A stretch of 64,000 nucleotides of DNA, from assembly GCF_009914755.1 (NCBI RefSeq), contig NC_060936.1, one strand, 5' to 3'. The notes below the pieces were generated by a model, which was not told the origin of the DNA, ran no database searches, and was given only the letters and a program-made list of their open reading frames with translations. The DNA comes from the human T2T-CHM13v2.0 reference genome, Homo sapiens. The first letter of the stretch is position 1; each line of letters opens with the position of its first letter. Shown in pieces: positions 1 to 16,023 of this stretch. The position numbers were made by a program, and so were the translations under genes.

Positions 1-484
1 CTAGATTCATTCTGCCTCCAAGGATAAAAGGAGTTAATGAAATAAGTAATAATATGAGAGGTTCATTTGTGGGATATATATGGTCGCTGTGTTTCTTTGC
101 CTTATAATAGGGTTTCTTAGAGTTTAGCTCTTTCCCACGTTTCAGAAACTCAAGGTTCCAAAGTGATCGATCTTCACTATAACAGTGAGCCAACTGTAAT
201 TTGTGAGGGAGCTCCCCCAAAGTTACATATTTTAATGCAAACAGATCATCTAATCTTTTCCTGAAGCCTTAGCAGTTTTTCTGCTACAAGGGTTTTTAAC
301 CTGGGATCCACAAGAGTCCAAAAATGAATATAAAATTTTTGTTCTTGTTTCTATGTGCATTTTTCTCAAGAGAACATTCCTGGCTTTTATTGGGTCCTCT
401 GAGGAGGAATGAAGAACCATGGCAGGTGCAGTTTTTCTCTTTAGAATTGTGAGCAAATCTTATTGTCTGCTTTGCTCTTTTTGC

Positions 485-753
485 TTTTTTTTGGACAGCA
501 TCTTACTTCGAGGCTGGAGTACAGTGGTGCAATCTCAGCTCCCTGCAGCCCCTGCCTTTTGGGCTCAAGTGATCCTCCCACATAGCTAGAAATACAGACG
601 TGCACCACCACGCCCAGCTAGTTTTTGTATTCTTAGTAGAGATGAGGTTTTGCCACGTTGGCAGGCTGGTCTTGAACTCCTGACCTGAGGTGATCCACCC
701 ACCTCGGCCTCCCAAAGTGCTGGAATTATAGGCGTGAGCCAACACACCCGGCC
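485..753 (-). mobile_element. Alu (S-like left arm, J-like right arm with deletions)
   Basis: Antisense Alu sequence; TSD tgctttgct on both sides. Confidence 0.85.
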
Positions 754-1587
754 TGCTTTGCTTTTTTGATGAATACTGTTTTCTACTGTTAATTCATGTT
801 ACCATGAATTTAAATTTCAAAAATTTCTAATCTTAATCTTTATCCTTGAGAATATTTTTAATGTATACAATTAATACAATTATAAAATATATTTAAAATA
901 ATACAACATATTTAATGCATAAGAAGATAAAGTAAATTTAATGTTCAAGGTTTAGTTCATATGAATCTATTTTAATAATGACACAGTGGCCACAGAGAAT
1001 ATATGTTTCTTAATATGAATATATGTACTATTTTTAGATTCCTTAAACCTTAATTAAGAAGCCTTCAGTTTGTTCATTATCCTAAGTAAATGATATCTGA
1101 GTTATTTTTCTGTTGCTACATTTTCCTGTTCTTAAGACTAACTTTGGAAAACATCCAAATAATAGCACATTCCTACATGAAATGATCTCTTTGAGCTTCA
1201 TACTAGTTTTCCTTTAAATGTGTATAGAAATTGCTGGTGTTTTATCAGTTAGCTTATGACTTCCCATGGAAATCTCTGGTTGAACTGGCTCTTCATTATA
1301 GAATTAGTTCCTCAGAAGGTGAGTGCTCTGATGTGGTAAGGTTATGCGTCGAATAATTCTGAGATGGTTGCTAGACATAGTAATGTTCATTATCTTCCTA
1401 GAAAACCCCAGCAAGTGACTTGACTAAACTTTCATTTTAATTGTGACACTTTGATTTCTGAATATATGTCATGGTTCTAATTTCGTAAGCATGAAGCTCC
1501 TGTAATGAACTTCTTGGAGTGACCGCACGGTATCAGACAACATAGGATTGGGTTAGGAATAGTCTTATGTCTTTCATCTCCCTACAG

Positions 1588-1788
1588 GGAAATTGGTCTT
1601 TAAAGAGATTTAAAATGGACCGCCAGGGTGTAACCCAAGTGCTGTCTCGCTTGTCATATATATCCGCACTGGGCATGATGACAAGAATCTCTTCCCAGTT
1701 TGAAAAAACGAGAAAAGTGAGTGGTCCTCGCTCCCTCCAGCCATCTCAGTGGGGAATGCTGTGTCCTTCGGACACTCCTGAAGGAGAG
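1588..1788 (+). CDS. POLR3B: POLR3B exon (14), 201 nt, phase 0/0; fork loop 2 region
   Basis: cctacag|GGA...GAG|gtaagg; GNWSLKRF...CPSDTPEGE. Confidence 0.97.
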
Positions 1789-2869
1789 GTAAGGAATCTG
1801 AGGAGTCTTGATGCTGTGTAAGAGGCGATACCTATGTCTGTGCATGGGGTGGGGTGGGGAGGTCTGCTTCTGTTCCCATCTCCAGGCCATATCCTTTCTT
1901 TGGTCTGTCATTTATCTGGCAAATAAATATTGACATGCTTGGAAGACTACATTAGTATCATTCTAAAACTAGGACCTGCAGAAGCATTTGATTCAGTATG
2001 TTAGCTAAAAGTAATATAGTCCATGTTTCTCTTTATTATTTTAGTTTATCCCAAAATCAAAACATGCACAGAGGGGATAAGACTGTGAAGGCAGATTGAA
2101 AGACCTACCACCTCTCATGCTCATGAGGGGCTCTTTTTGAGCAGCTCCTTATTGTCCTTAGGTAGGCTCAGTCACAGCCAATTAGGAGTATACAGTCCAT
2201 GACCTAATGTGGATTTTGACTCACTTATATTGGAAACACAAGCAATTGCCTAAACATCAAGCCAGGGAGTTTACATGGGTTTACTTCTATAGCACCCGCT
2301 ACTCCCTGTGTCACGGTCCTTTCTCCTTTGTGTTAACATTGTTAGTTTCACTTGATTCTATTCCTTCTAAATTGTAAAATTCTGGAGGAAGGAAGGTTCA
2401 CCATTGTATCTCAAGCTCCTAACATAGAGCCTTGGTTAGAGTACAGGCCCCATGAATATATGCTGAATTAATAATTACAACAAGTAAAAGATGTAGGGTC
2501 CAAAGTGTAGGAATTTATTATTTGGAAGAGATGAAAATAGGAGTCTGTATAGAGCTGCGATTTTTAGAAACTATTTAATTTATCTTAAACCATATGGAAA
2601 TTGACACTAAAATTATCCAGTTTGTCAAATTTTGCATAATTTATATATCTTGAACTTTGAAACATTTCATTTCCCAGAGATTGCTTCAGCTAACTTCAAA
2701 AAAGTAGCTATTTTGTACATTACTGCAGCAGATGGTTCTAAGACCTGAAGATACAATCTTACAAGTCACCTGTCTTAAGTATTTTTTTCCTATTTGCTAT
2801 ATTCTGTCCTTGTTGGTATTTTTGTTTTAGAACTGTACCGGGTTGCATAGATGTTTAAAAAGATTTCTT

Positions 2870-3215
2870 TTCTTTTCATTTTGAAATAATTTTAGATATA
2901 CAAAAAAGTGATGAAACTGGTACAAAGATTTTCCACAATCTTTCATCTAGATTCCCAACTGTGAACATCTTATGTAACCATAGCACTGTTATCAGCCTCA
3001 TGACATTGAACAATACTATAATCTATGGATCTTATTCAAATTTTGCCAGTTGTCCCACTGTTGTCTTTTTTCTGATCCAGAATCACACATTGTTTTTAGT
3101 TGTCATGTCTCCTTGTCTCTTTTCATCTGAAAGAGTTTTTCAGTCTGTCTTTATTTACCTTTCGTGACCAAGAAACTTAAGGGCACTGGCCAGTTATTTT
3201 ATACAGTCTCTCATT
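2870..3215 (-). mobile_element. Ancient L1M 3' end fragment
   Basis: ttgaaataattttagatatacaaaaaagtg...catctagattccc pattern; boundaries approximate. Confidence 0.55.
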
Positions 3216-3632
3216 TCAGGCCAGAAGTTTTATATTTTTATGTAGCTGCATTTATTAATGTTTTCCTTTACTTATTTTATACAATGTCATCATAATGACT
3301 GTAATGTTCCAATGTCTGGGAGTAATTGTTAATGTAATCAGTTTTGTTGGGCATTTATGATGTCGTCAGCATTTACAATTACAAATAGTACTGTGCTGAG
3401 CATTTCTGTATCTAAATCTATTTTATATCCTTGCTTGTTATGAAGAGAAATTCCCCTGAGTTAAGGGATATATATATTTTTTAAAGGCATTTGTGCGAAT
3501 CACCACAGTATCCCCTACAAAGTTGTACTGCTTTGCATTGCTGCCAGCAAAGTAGTGAGCTATTTTCAGATGTAAACTGTACTTTGTATTACTAATGTTC
3601 ATTCTTAGAAATGACCATCTTTTGTTTTTTAG

Positions 3633-3824
<192 letters not shown>

Positions 3825-4978
3825 TAGATAGTCTGTGAAGAGGGGGAGGGAATCCATTATTATCCTGGTATTTAAAGCACAGATAGACTTTAATTCTGGG
3901 CCCAGGTTGACCTTCACTTAAAGGTAGAAAATACAATGATAACAGAAACAGTTACTTTGTTGGCTGGGTTATCCAAGGTTCTGAGAGGATATAGCTATCA
4001 GAGCTAAAGGGTAACTTTGCAGAAAGTGGCTGCTTTCTCCCCTTTTGCAGTTGCTGGCATATCCTTAGTGGAATACGGTTCAACATGGTATCTTTAAGTA
4101 CAAGTCAAATATTGGAGTCATTCTGCAAAAATTATCAGATCAACTCTTATAATGAATTGACTTTGTCTAGCCATCTGATAATCAATATGTCAGCAGCCTG
4201 TGATAAGAGGATCCCTCTCCTTTGGCTCACACTCCAGTTATTTCTTTCATATACCTCTTCCCGTCTCCTTCGAAGTCTTCCAGAGACTTAGCAGCAAGTG
4301 TGCTCTCTTCCTTTCTGCTTTTGATTTGGTGCTGTGTGCCTGTTCTCTCCCTAGTATGCTCCATGAGCTTATCCCTTATCACTTGTCTGTTCTCTCTTCC
4401 TCTCCCCCTTCCTCTCATTCTAGGAGGCATTAACTCTTTTTTATATCTGCTGGTGAGGAAGGGGTCAGAGCCTCAGCAGGGCTGTTAACTGACTGCCTAG
4501 TTCATTGTATCCCAGAGGCTAACATTGAGTGAGCTTTTACTCTGCACTTTCACCCAGTGCCTCTTTGAATCCTCCCGCTAACCTTGGGAAGCAAAGTTCA
4601 TTTTCCTCATTTCACAAATGTTGATTACAACAAGAAGCAGTTTAATAATAGCAGTTAGTAGGTGCTAGGCAGAATTCTCAGTACTTTAAATGATCAGCTC
4701 GTTTAACCTTTACTGCCAGCCTGTGGAAGTGATGGAGCCAGTGTTCAAACCCAGGTTGTTTGGACCCCAAGTTCATGCCCCAGCACTGTGCTGAAAGATG
4801 AGGAAAATGAAGCTGACTTTTCCAGTATTCCTCAGCCTGCATGTGGAAGGACTGGCCCTTAAGCATTCTTCCTTTGTTGCTTCCCTGCAACCTTGTGGAC
4901 TGGCTGCAGGTGTTAATAATGGTATTTTCAAATAACTGCTTAGTGCTGATTACTATTTTTATTGGTTGGATATATTAA

Positions 4979-5314
<336 letters not shown>

Positions 5315-5479
5315 TGAGCAAACACTTCATGAATATGCATATTAGGTACCGAGGATTCAGATTAATGGGAGACAGAGTCTGCCCTCAGAGAGCTCAGTCT
5401 GCCGGGAAAGGCAGAAAAAATGACTAATAACAATCAACTGTGGTAGTGGTTAATGCTAGCCACCATTTGTCATTTTAAT

Positions 5480-5680
5480 GGAGACACTATATGTGTAAGG
5501 CTTTAACTTCTTCATTCAACCCTATGAGGTTGGATTATTCTTGTCATTTAAGAAATGAGGAAACTGAGGTTCAGTGAGGCTAAGTAACTTACTGAAAGCT
5601 AAAGAGTGGTGGAATCTGTTTTTTATTTGAAAGTCCTTAGGATTCGTTTGACGCATGATTTTGCCCACTATAGTCTGTTG
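5480..5680 (-). mobile_element. MIR
   Basis: core aaatgaggaaactgaggttcag...aagtaactt. Confidence 0.65.
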
Positions 5681-5989
5681 CTACAAACTGAGCTTTAAAG
5701 GAGGAGTAGGATTGTGTTAACTTGGAGGTAGGTGGGGAGGAGAAAGGCTGAAAAAAGGCAAGAATGAAAACATGGAGGCATGAAGAAATAAAATAACACT
5801 AGATCCAATGGAAAAGTAGGTTCCTTTTATTCATTCAGTAAGTATTTATTAAGGGCCTATTGTGCACAGGTACTATCTAGGAGCCGGAGGTACAGAGACG
5901 AATGTGACATGGTGTCTGGTTTGAGGGGCTATGCAGAGACATCAGCTGAGGACATTGCCTTGTGTCACAAGCCTTTTCTAGCATTACCG

Positions 5990-6856
<867 letters not shown>

Positions 6857-6859
6857 ATA

Positions 6860-7050
6860 CCTGTGTTTGAATCCTAACTTCCCACTTACTGAGTTGTGTG
6901 ACTCTGAGTATACTACTTCAGTCTCTCAGCCTTGGTTTCCTTGGCTGTAAAATGGAAACAATAATGCCTGCCTAAGATTGTCCTGAGAACTAGTTGATAG
7001 AAGGTGTGGTAAGTGCTCAGTAGGGTGCCAGGCACACATTAGGTGCTTAT
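6860..7050 (+). mobile_element. MIR
   Basis: gtttgaatcc...ccacttact...tgtgtgac...gtttcctt...tgtaaaatgg. Confidence 0.65.
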
Positions 7051-8323
7051 TTATAACTTAATAGCATGGTCCAGTTAAGGGCAGGAATAACAGTGACATT
7101 TTCTAGGTTACTCTTTTTTAGGATTTCATTACATCCAACATAATATATATTCAAAAATAAAACTCTTTTATAGAAGCAACTTTATAATGGCATAACAGAT
7201 CTAGCAGGAAAAAATAGTAGAATGCGTTGAGTAACGTAAGGATAACTGAGGCAGCTAAATGTGATCCCCTCCCTCTCCTCCGCCGGTTTCTGTCTTCTCA
7301 TCTGAGGCTTAACCTGAATCCACTGCAGCGCTCAAATGAGGCATTAGTAGGCTCTGCTTCCCTACCAAGAAGGAGCCAGAATTTCGAGGTACTGTGGATT
7401 TCCATGAAAAGCTCACCCAGTTCATTTTTCAACAACTTGTGTTCCCCTTTTGTAATTGTGCAGCTCCTCTTCTTAACTGTTGAAAAGTGCTCATTAGTCC
7501 TCAAATAGTTATTTGGACTTTAGGGTAGAGCGCACAAGTGTCTGGTGGTTACTTGCTCCTCTCTGTAAGAGCTGCTTATCCAAATAGCAACAGCCCTTGA
7601 CGTTTCAGTGCCGCATGCCATCCTTTGTGTCCGGGTTTCCTCATGGTGGCAAAGCCCTCCGAGGCAAGTCCCCACTGACAGTTACAGGTTAATCTGCCAG
7701 AATGCCTTCTCCACCTTCCACCCATTACGTCACTGAAAACCACAAAGTAAGAAAGCTTCATTCTCTGCCAACTTTTAGCCACTCTCTTTGGTAATGTGTA
7801 GCTTTAAGTATCTTGCTAACCTAGCTCAGTGATGTTTAGACTAAATCAAACTACTCTAAACATCTGGATATTCATCAGAACCTCACAACACAACGCCGTT
7901 ATTACCCTAGGTGACAGTGCTTCTTTGCCTGTTAACTCCATGAGTAGTATGCAAAATTTTCCAATGTGAAATCGGGAAGTTTTTAGATTGATACATTACA
8001 CCGTTTTTTAAAATATGGCATTAAAGGTTTTGTTTCCTTTTCAGACTTTGAGTATCATTTTTGTGTTGCCTTTTCATTCAAAACCAAATGTTTCCTAAGA
8101 TACTTGCAGGAAGCACTGTGTGTGTGCATGAATATGTCCACACATACTCACATGTACACATGGGCTTGGGTATGTATGTGTGTGTATGTGAGAGAGAGCA
8201 TAGTCCCCTACACCATGCTCATCCATACAAAAATTACCTGGTGTCCTCAGCAATCCAGGAATAGGTTTGTTTGTATTTACATCTTCCCTCATCTCACTTT
8301 GGTAAACTAACTTGCCTGTGTAA

Positions 8324-8446
<123 letters not shown>

Positions 8447-8968
8447 TAAGTAGCCAAAAGTAAAACTTACCAATCTCCTTAATACCCACATACATGATTT
8501 AAGAAAAGTGTATTTTCATTTTAGTGTTTTAATTTCTTTCCACCAAATTACCAGCCTGTTAAAAACCTATTTTGCTCCATGTGAACTTGCTTGGACATTG
8601 TAAAATATTCATCAATTTAGATCATGAGGGTTACCTAGTCTTGATGTCAGTTAGTACACAAGTAAGTGTTTCTGGTAAGAAAAGGACTTACATCATGTGT
8701 CAGTGTAGACACTGTGGGTCTCATTATGAGGTTTCTAAGGTCAGAATTTTTTTTTTAAGAAGTGGGGACTAGGTTCACAAGAGTTACAGACAGACACTTT
8801 GCTGTTTTTATTTCAGCAGTTTGTGGTTACTGTGTGAGCTAAGAATAACATGTTTCAGGTATCCCAATGTAATGATATTCTCTGGGAGAGAAAGGTGCTT
8901 TGGGCCTAAACGAAAGCCAGTATCTCCTGTTATTATATAAAATACTGCAGAAAAATGCTTTTTAATGA

Positions 8969-9094
<126 letters not shown>

Positions 9095-9224
9095 TAAGTA
9101 GGATCCATAGCAACCATAATTAAAACGTGTTCTGACTATAGAAACTACCTTCTCTTTTACTGTCATCTTCAGTCCTTCTATCTTTTACTCTTTTGACAGG
9201 AACTGTTAGAAATATACAATCTTC

Positions 9225-9576
9225 TTTTTTTTGTTTGAACATGCAGGTTTGTTACATAGGTAAACGTGGGCCATGGTGGTTTGCTGTACCTATCAACCCA
9301 TCACCTAGGTATTAAGCCCAGCATGCATTAGCTATTTATCTTGATGCTCTTCCTCCCCCAACCCCCTAACAGTCCCCCTGGTGTGTGTTGTTCCCCTCCC
9401 TGTGTCCATGTGTTCTCATTGTTCAGCTTCCACCTGTGAGTGAGAACATGCGGTGTTTGGTTTTCTGTTCCTGTGTTAGTTTGCTGAGGATGGCTTCCAG
9501 CTTCATCCATGTCTCTGCAAAGGACATGATCTTGTTCCTTTTTATGACTGCATAGTATTTCATGGTATATATGTAT
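9225..9576 (-). mobile_element. 5'-truncated L1PA (older, ~PA8-13) 3' end
   Basis: ORF2 C-terminus YYAVIKRNKIMSFAETWMKLE plus 3' UTR; TSD agaaatatacaat at 9208-9220 and 9603-9615. Confidence 0.88.
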
Positions 9577-9717
9577 ATTGTATATTTCTGTATGTACCAT
9601 AAAGAAATATACAATTTTATAGCAGAGCATAACGCATCATTTATCCTAGTGAAGAGTATTACAAAGCAGCTAACAAGTCATCTTTAGATTTAATTATCCT
9701 TCCTATTCGTGTGACAG

Positions 9718-9816
9718 TTTATATATATACACACACACACTCATAGAAAGATATATCCATATATCCATATAGATAGATAACCATATATATATATGTATAT
9801 AAAACCATATATATGT
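9718..9816. repeat. (TA)n/(CA)n compound microsatellite
   Basis: Directly visible. Confidence 0.8.
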
Positions 9817-9974
9817 TTTTTTTTTTTTGAGACAAGGTCTTGCTCTGTCACCCTGAAGGAGTACAGTGGCACAACATAGCTCAGTGAAACTTAAAACTCC
9901 TGATCTCAAGTGATCCTCCCACTTCAGTCTCCTGAGTAGTTGGGATTACAGGCATGAGCCACCATGCCCAGCCT
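9817..9974 (-). mobile_element. Alu monomer (FRAM-like)
   Basis: Single right-arm monomer with poly(T). Confidence 0.8.
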
Positions 9975-10405
9975 TAATGTGTATTTTTTAAAAGGAGTTG
10001 CTTCTCTGATTTTAATACTTGATTACTGCCAAAGTTGAACTAATGAATCAAGCTGTATAAAAATATACTTACCTCTGTTAGAGATGATTTTTGTCCATGG
10101 ACATCTGAATTCTTGTCAGTGCAGGAATTCTCTACATAGTCTGTTCAAAAACTCTAAGTTTATGTGCAGTATGCACTTGAATTGGTAGTATGTTCACAAT
10201 ATTTCTTCTTGAACAATGATATTTTTAGAAGCATCTGTGTTCCATTTTAGAGTACATTAAAGAACATCTATGTAACTTGCTGTCTGATGCATGTGACTGA
10301 TGTACCACTTACCTGAAATTGGAATTCTTGCAGATATATTGCTAGAGAGTTTAATACTACCACCTAATAACTATTTATGTCTTCAATCAAGAATAAGTAC
10401 TTTTC

Positions 10406-10703
10406 TGACCCAGTGTAATGGCTCACCCCTATAATCCCAGTGCTTTGGGAGACTGAGGCAGGAGAATCGCCTGAGGCCAAGAGTTTGAGACCAGCCTGGA
10501 CAACATAGCAAGACCCTATGTCTAAAAATAAAAATAAAAAATTAGCTGGACACAGTGGCACACACCTGTAGTCCTAGCTACTTGGGAGGCTGAGGTGGAA
10601 GGATCATTTGAGCCCAGGAGTTATGGGTTACACTGAGCTATGATTGTGCCACTGCACTCCAGCCTGGGTAAGAACCTATCTCTTAAAACAGGAAAAAGAA
10701 AAA
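10406..10703 (+). mobile_element. AluJ
   Basis: ggatcatttgagcccagg J-type right arm. Confidence 0.85.
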
Positions 10704-10759
10704 CTTTTCTGTTTTCTGCTACCAAATGAAATATATTACTTTTTAGAAGATTATAATTT

Positions 10760-10960
10760 ACCAGCCTGGGTAACATGGCAAGACCCCGTCTCTACAAAAA
10801 ACTTAAAAATTAGCCAGGTGTGGTGATGTACGCCTGTAGTCCCAGTAACTCAGGGGGCTGAGGCTAGAGGATTGCATGAGTCCAGGAGGTGGAGGCTCTG
10901 TGAGCCATGTTCATGCCACTGCACTCCAGCCTGGGTGACAAAGCAAACCCTGTTGCCAAT
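10760..10960 (+). mobile_element. 5'-truncated AluJ
   Basis: Begins accagcctgggtaacatggcaagacc. Confidence 0.8.
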
Positions 10961-11088
10961 ATATATATTGCAAATATATATATTTTTTGCACTTTGTAAA
11001 TAGTGGTTTTTGGTCAGAATTTTTCTTCCTTAAAGATGTGAATCTCTCAAAGTGCTATTTTATACCCCTCATTTCAAAATTGACTGAG

Positions 11089-11380
11089 GGCCAGGTGTGG
11101 TGGGTCACACCTATAATCCCAGCAATTTGGGAGGCTAAGGCATGAGGGTTGCTGGAGCTCAGGAGTTTGAGATCAACCTGGGCAACACAGTGAGACCTCA
11201 TCTCTACTAAAAATAAAAAAAAGTTAGCCAAGTGTTGTGGTGTGCACCTATGATCCCAGCTACTTGGGAGGCTGAGGTGGAAGGATCACTTGAGCACAGT
11301 TTGAGGCTGCAGTGAGCTATACTTGGAACACCACTGCATTCCAGCTTGGGCAAGAGAGTGAGACCCTTACTCAAAAAAAA
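11089..11380 (+). mobile_element. AluJ
   Basis: Full dimer, J diagnostics. Confidence 0.85.
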
Positions 11381-11429
11381 TATAGATATAGATATGTATC
11401 CTGAGTATAAAAGAAAACTATTTTATAGT

Positions 11430-12180
11430 AGCCCCATAAATGACAGTTCCATCGTTGTATTACTCAAGCCAACAAAACTGTCTATTTCCGTCCTGACCCT
11501 TTTTCTCTATATTGACATCAATCCCTAGCTCATCACATGAGCCTTCCAAATACATCTGGAATCTGAACTCTTTTTCACTACCTCAATCCATCACCTAGTC
11601 CAGGCCATTTGTATGTCTTACCTGGATTTTTGCAAAGGCCTCCTGACTATTTTGACACCTGTTCCCATATAGTCTTTTCCTAATAGAGCAGAGGGGGCAT
11701 GTCCGTTCTCTTCTCAAATCCCTCAGGGGCTGTCGGTCTCCCTCAGAAGTCCTTACAGAAGCCTTCCAGTTCCTGCACAATCTGCCCACTTCCATTTCTA
11801 CCTCTCCCCACTCCCTGTTTCAACCACACTGGCCTCTTCTCCAAACACTCCAGGCGTGCCTCTGCCTTAGCACCTTTGCACTGGCTGCTTCCTCTGCCTG
11901 GAGCACTCTCTCACATACCTGCATGGCTCACTGCTTCACCCCCTCCAGGTCTTCACTTAGGTGTCACCTTCTCGTGAGATTTTTCTGACCACTCTAGTGA
12001 AAGTAGAAACTCTTATCTCTATCCACTCCTCTTTACTACTTTTTTTTTTTTTTTACTTCTTGTGCCTATTACCATAGAGTAAAATTGGTATTTTACTGAT
12101 GTATCTATGTATTGTCTATCTTCCCTCACTTAGAAGCTTCACGAAGGCAGGGATTTTCATCTGGTTTTTCATTGATGTAA
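11430..12180 (+). mobile_element. L2 3' region
   Basis: cacctttgcactggctgcttcctctgcctgga...gaaggcagggatttt. Confidence 0.7.
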
Positions 12181-12565
12181 ATGAATATAACTCTCAGCGT
12201 TACCCAATTACCAAGCTATTCCATACGTCAAATTAATTTCATTTAAAAAATCTAGAAGTTTTTGTATTATTTAATTCATACTTATGTTTTTTAAAATATA
12301 GAAATGCATGAAGTACAAAGAATGAATCCCCTTCCTTTCCCATCCCACCAGACTCCACCCTCCAGAAGTTGCCGATGCTAATAATTTCTTATGTACTATT
12401 CTAGATTTTTTTTCTGAGTACAAACATACACACATGATTCCACACAATGTGTGTGTATAAAACAGTGATAACATTTCCAGTGCCTTGATTTTGAAACTTA
12501 ACCAGTATACTCTGGACATTTTCCATATTAGTATATATATTTATATACATGTATATTTGTATACA

Positions 12566-12919
12566 CAGTCTTATGTCACTTAATGATGGGGATGCGTTCT
12601 GAGAAGTTTGTTGTCAGGTGATTTCATTATGTGAATATCGTAGTGTACTTAAACAAACCTAGATGGTGTCTGTCACCCACTGTCACCTACTACACACATA
12701 GACTGTATGCTAAAGCCTATTGCTTCTAGACTACAAACCTGTACAGCATATTACTCTACTGAACATTGTAGGCAGTTGTAGCACAATGGTAAGTATTTGT
12801 GTATCAAAACATATCTAAACAAAGAAAAGGTATAGTAAAAATGCAGTATTATAATCGTTTGGAACCACCACCATTTATGCAGTCTGTTGTTGACCAAAAT
12901 GTTATGTGGTGTGTGACTG
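12566..12919. mobile_element. Tigger3-family (MER7-like) non-autonomous DNA transposon, within an old L1M fragment
   Basis: Termini CAGTC...GACTG followed by TA; gggatgcgttctgagaa and tactgaacattgtaggcagttg internal motifs. Confidence 0.75.
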
Positions 12920-13112
12920 TATACATATATATATTTTTTTAATTGCCATTTGTTATTACATTATCTACCTACACACATTTAGTTTATTAACTAGTTTCCT
13001 ACTGTTGAATATTTAGGTAGTTTCCAATTTTTCTACTGTTATAAACAACAGGTTATTTAGTTTTCATTCGAACTAAATTTAAGTGCTTTATACACAGTGA
13101 ATAAGAAATCTC

Positions 13113-13420
<308 letters not shown>

Positions 13421-14320
13421 AAGAAATCTCCCAATTCCTGTTCAGTTTCTAAACTGATGATTTTAAAGAGAATAATTTTTTTTTTTTGTAAAGTCAGAAT
13501 CTAGAGTGTTTGGACTTCCAGTAATTATTAGATACTATGTGAGTTTATGTATGTTGTCACCATAAGAGAAAAAAACTTCAGATATTTCTTTTCATTTTTC
13601 AACTCAATCCAATGTTAACATCTGAAAAAGTAGTTTTTACTTAGATGGAAAATGTCAACTTGGCCAATATTTAAACAAAGCAGTATATTTAAAAGAAAAT
13701 CTGTTTTCTTCTAGACTATAAAATGTAGCTATAAGCTGATGTTCTTTAAAGAAAAAAGCAAAACAAAACCTAGAGTATTTTCCCTTCCTGCTTAACAAAG
13801 GAAGTCTTTTCCCTTCCTGCTTGTCTGAGAGGATTGGGGTTCTGCTAGGTCATAAGGTGAAAACAGTACTCTTCAAACCAAGAACCACATGGAAGGCACT
13901 TTCTCTCACCAAACTAGGGACATAATTTAATACATGTGTTTTGGAAAAAAAAATAGGTTAATAACTGGATAAGTGGGAGATCTTTTACCAGGTACATTCC
14001 ATTGATGGGCTGGGACGTGGTTTCTTGGACATCACTTCAGTCCACAGGTGCTGTAAACCACTGAAATTCTTAAGGTTACACTTCACAAACACTTGAGGGA
14101 AAAATAGCGGGTCCACAGAGATCACAGATCCTGGATGACACATCTGGTACTTTCCACAAATACCTATAATTAATCTGGGTACTCTTTCCTATTAACACAT
14201 CTGAGTAGCTTCATCATTTGGCCAAAAAACTGAATTTTCTGCAGAAATATATTATGAAAGTAACCAAGATTCTGACATCTACTAGGTAAAATCTTACTTT
14301 GTGTCCAGTACTACCCATAG

Positions 14321-15134
<814 letters not shown>

Positions 15135-15139
15135 TATAG

Positions 15140-15433
<294 letters not shown>

Positions 15434-15768
15434 TAGTAACTGTATTTAAAGGACGTATATTCCACTCTTAAATGGTGATACAACCTACTCATTGATATAT
15501 GTTAGAAGAATGAGGAAAAGCAGGCTAGTCATCCATGTGAATATTGTTGATGTATTTCTATGTGTTGAATATAGTAATTTATGTGTTAATTACAATTTCT
15601 TATGTTTTACTGTATTTTATTTAAGTATGTTTTTATTTTACCAGTTTTACTAGCATCAAATTTTATTGACATATAAATCCCTGGAGGACCTAGATAACAA
15701 TATTTTTGTACCCTTTAAAAGACATTTATTTTTGTACTTGATGCTTAAGATATGTGATTTTTACTTAA

Positions 15769-16023
<255 letters not shown>

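Noticed and set aside
10957-10985. Twin AT palindromes after an Alu fragment
   Set aside because: (AT)n microsatellite derived from an Alu tail; trivially self-complementary
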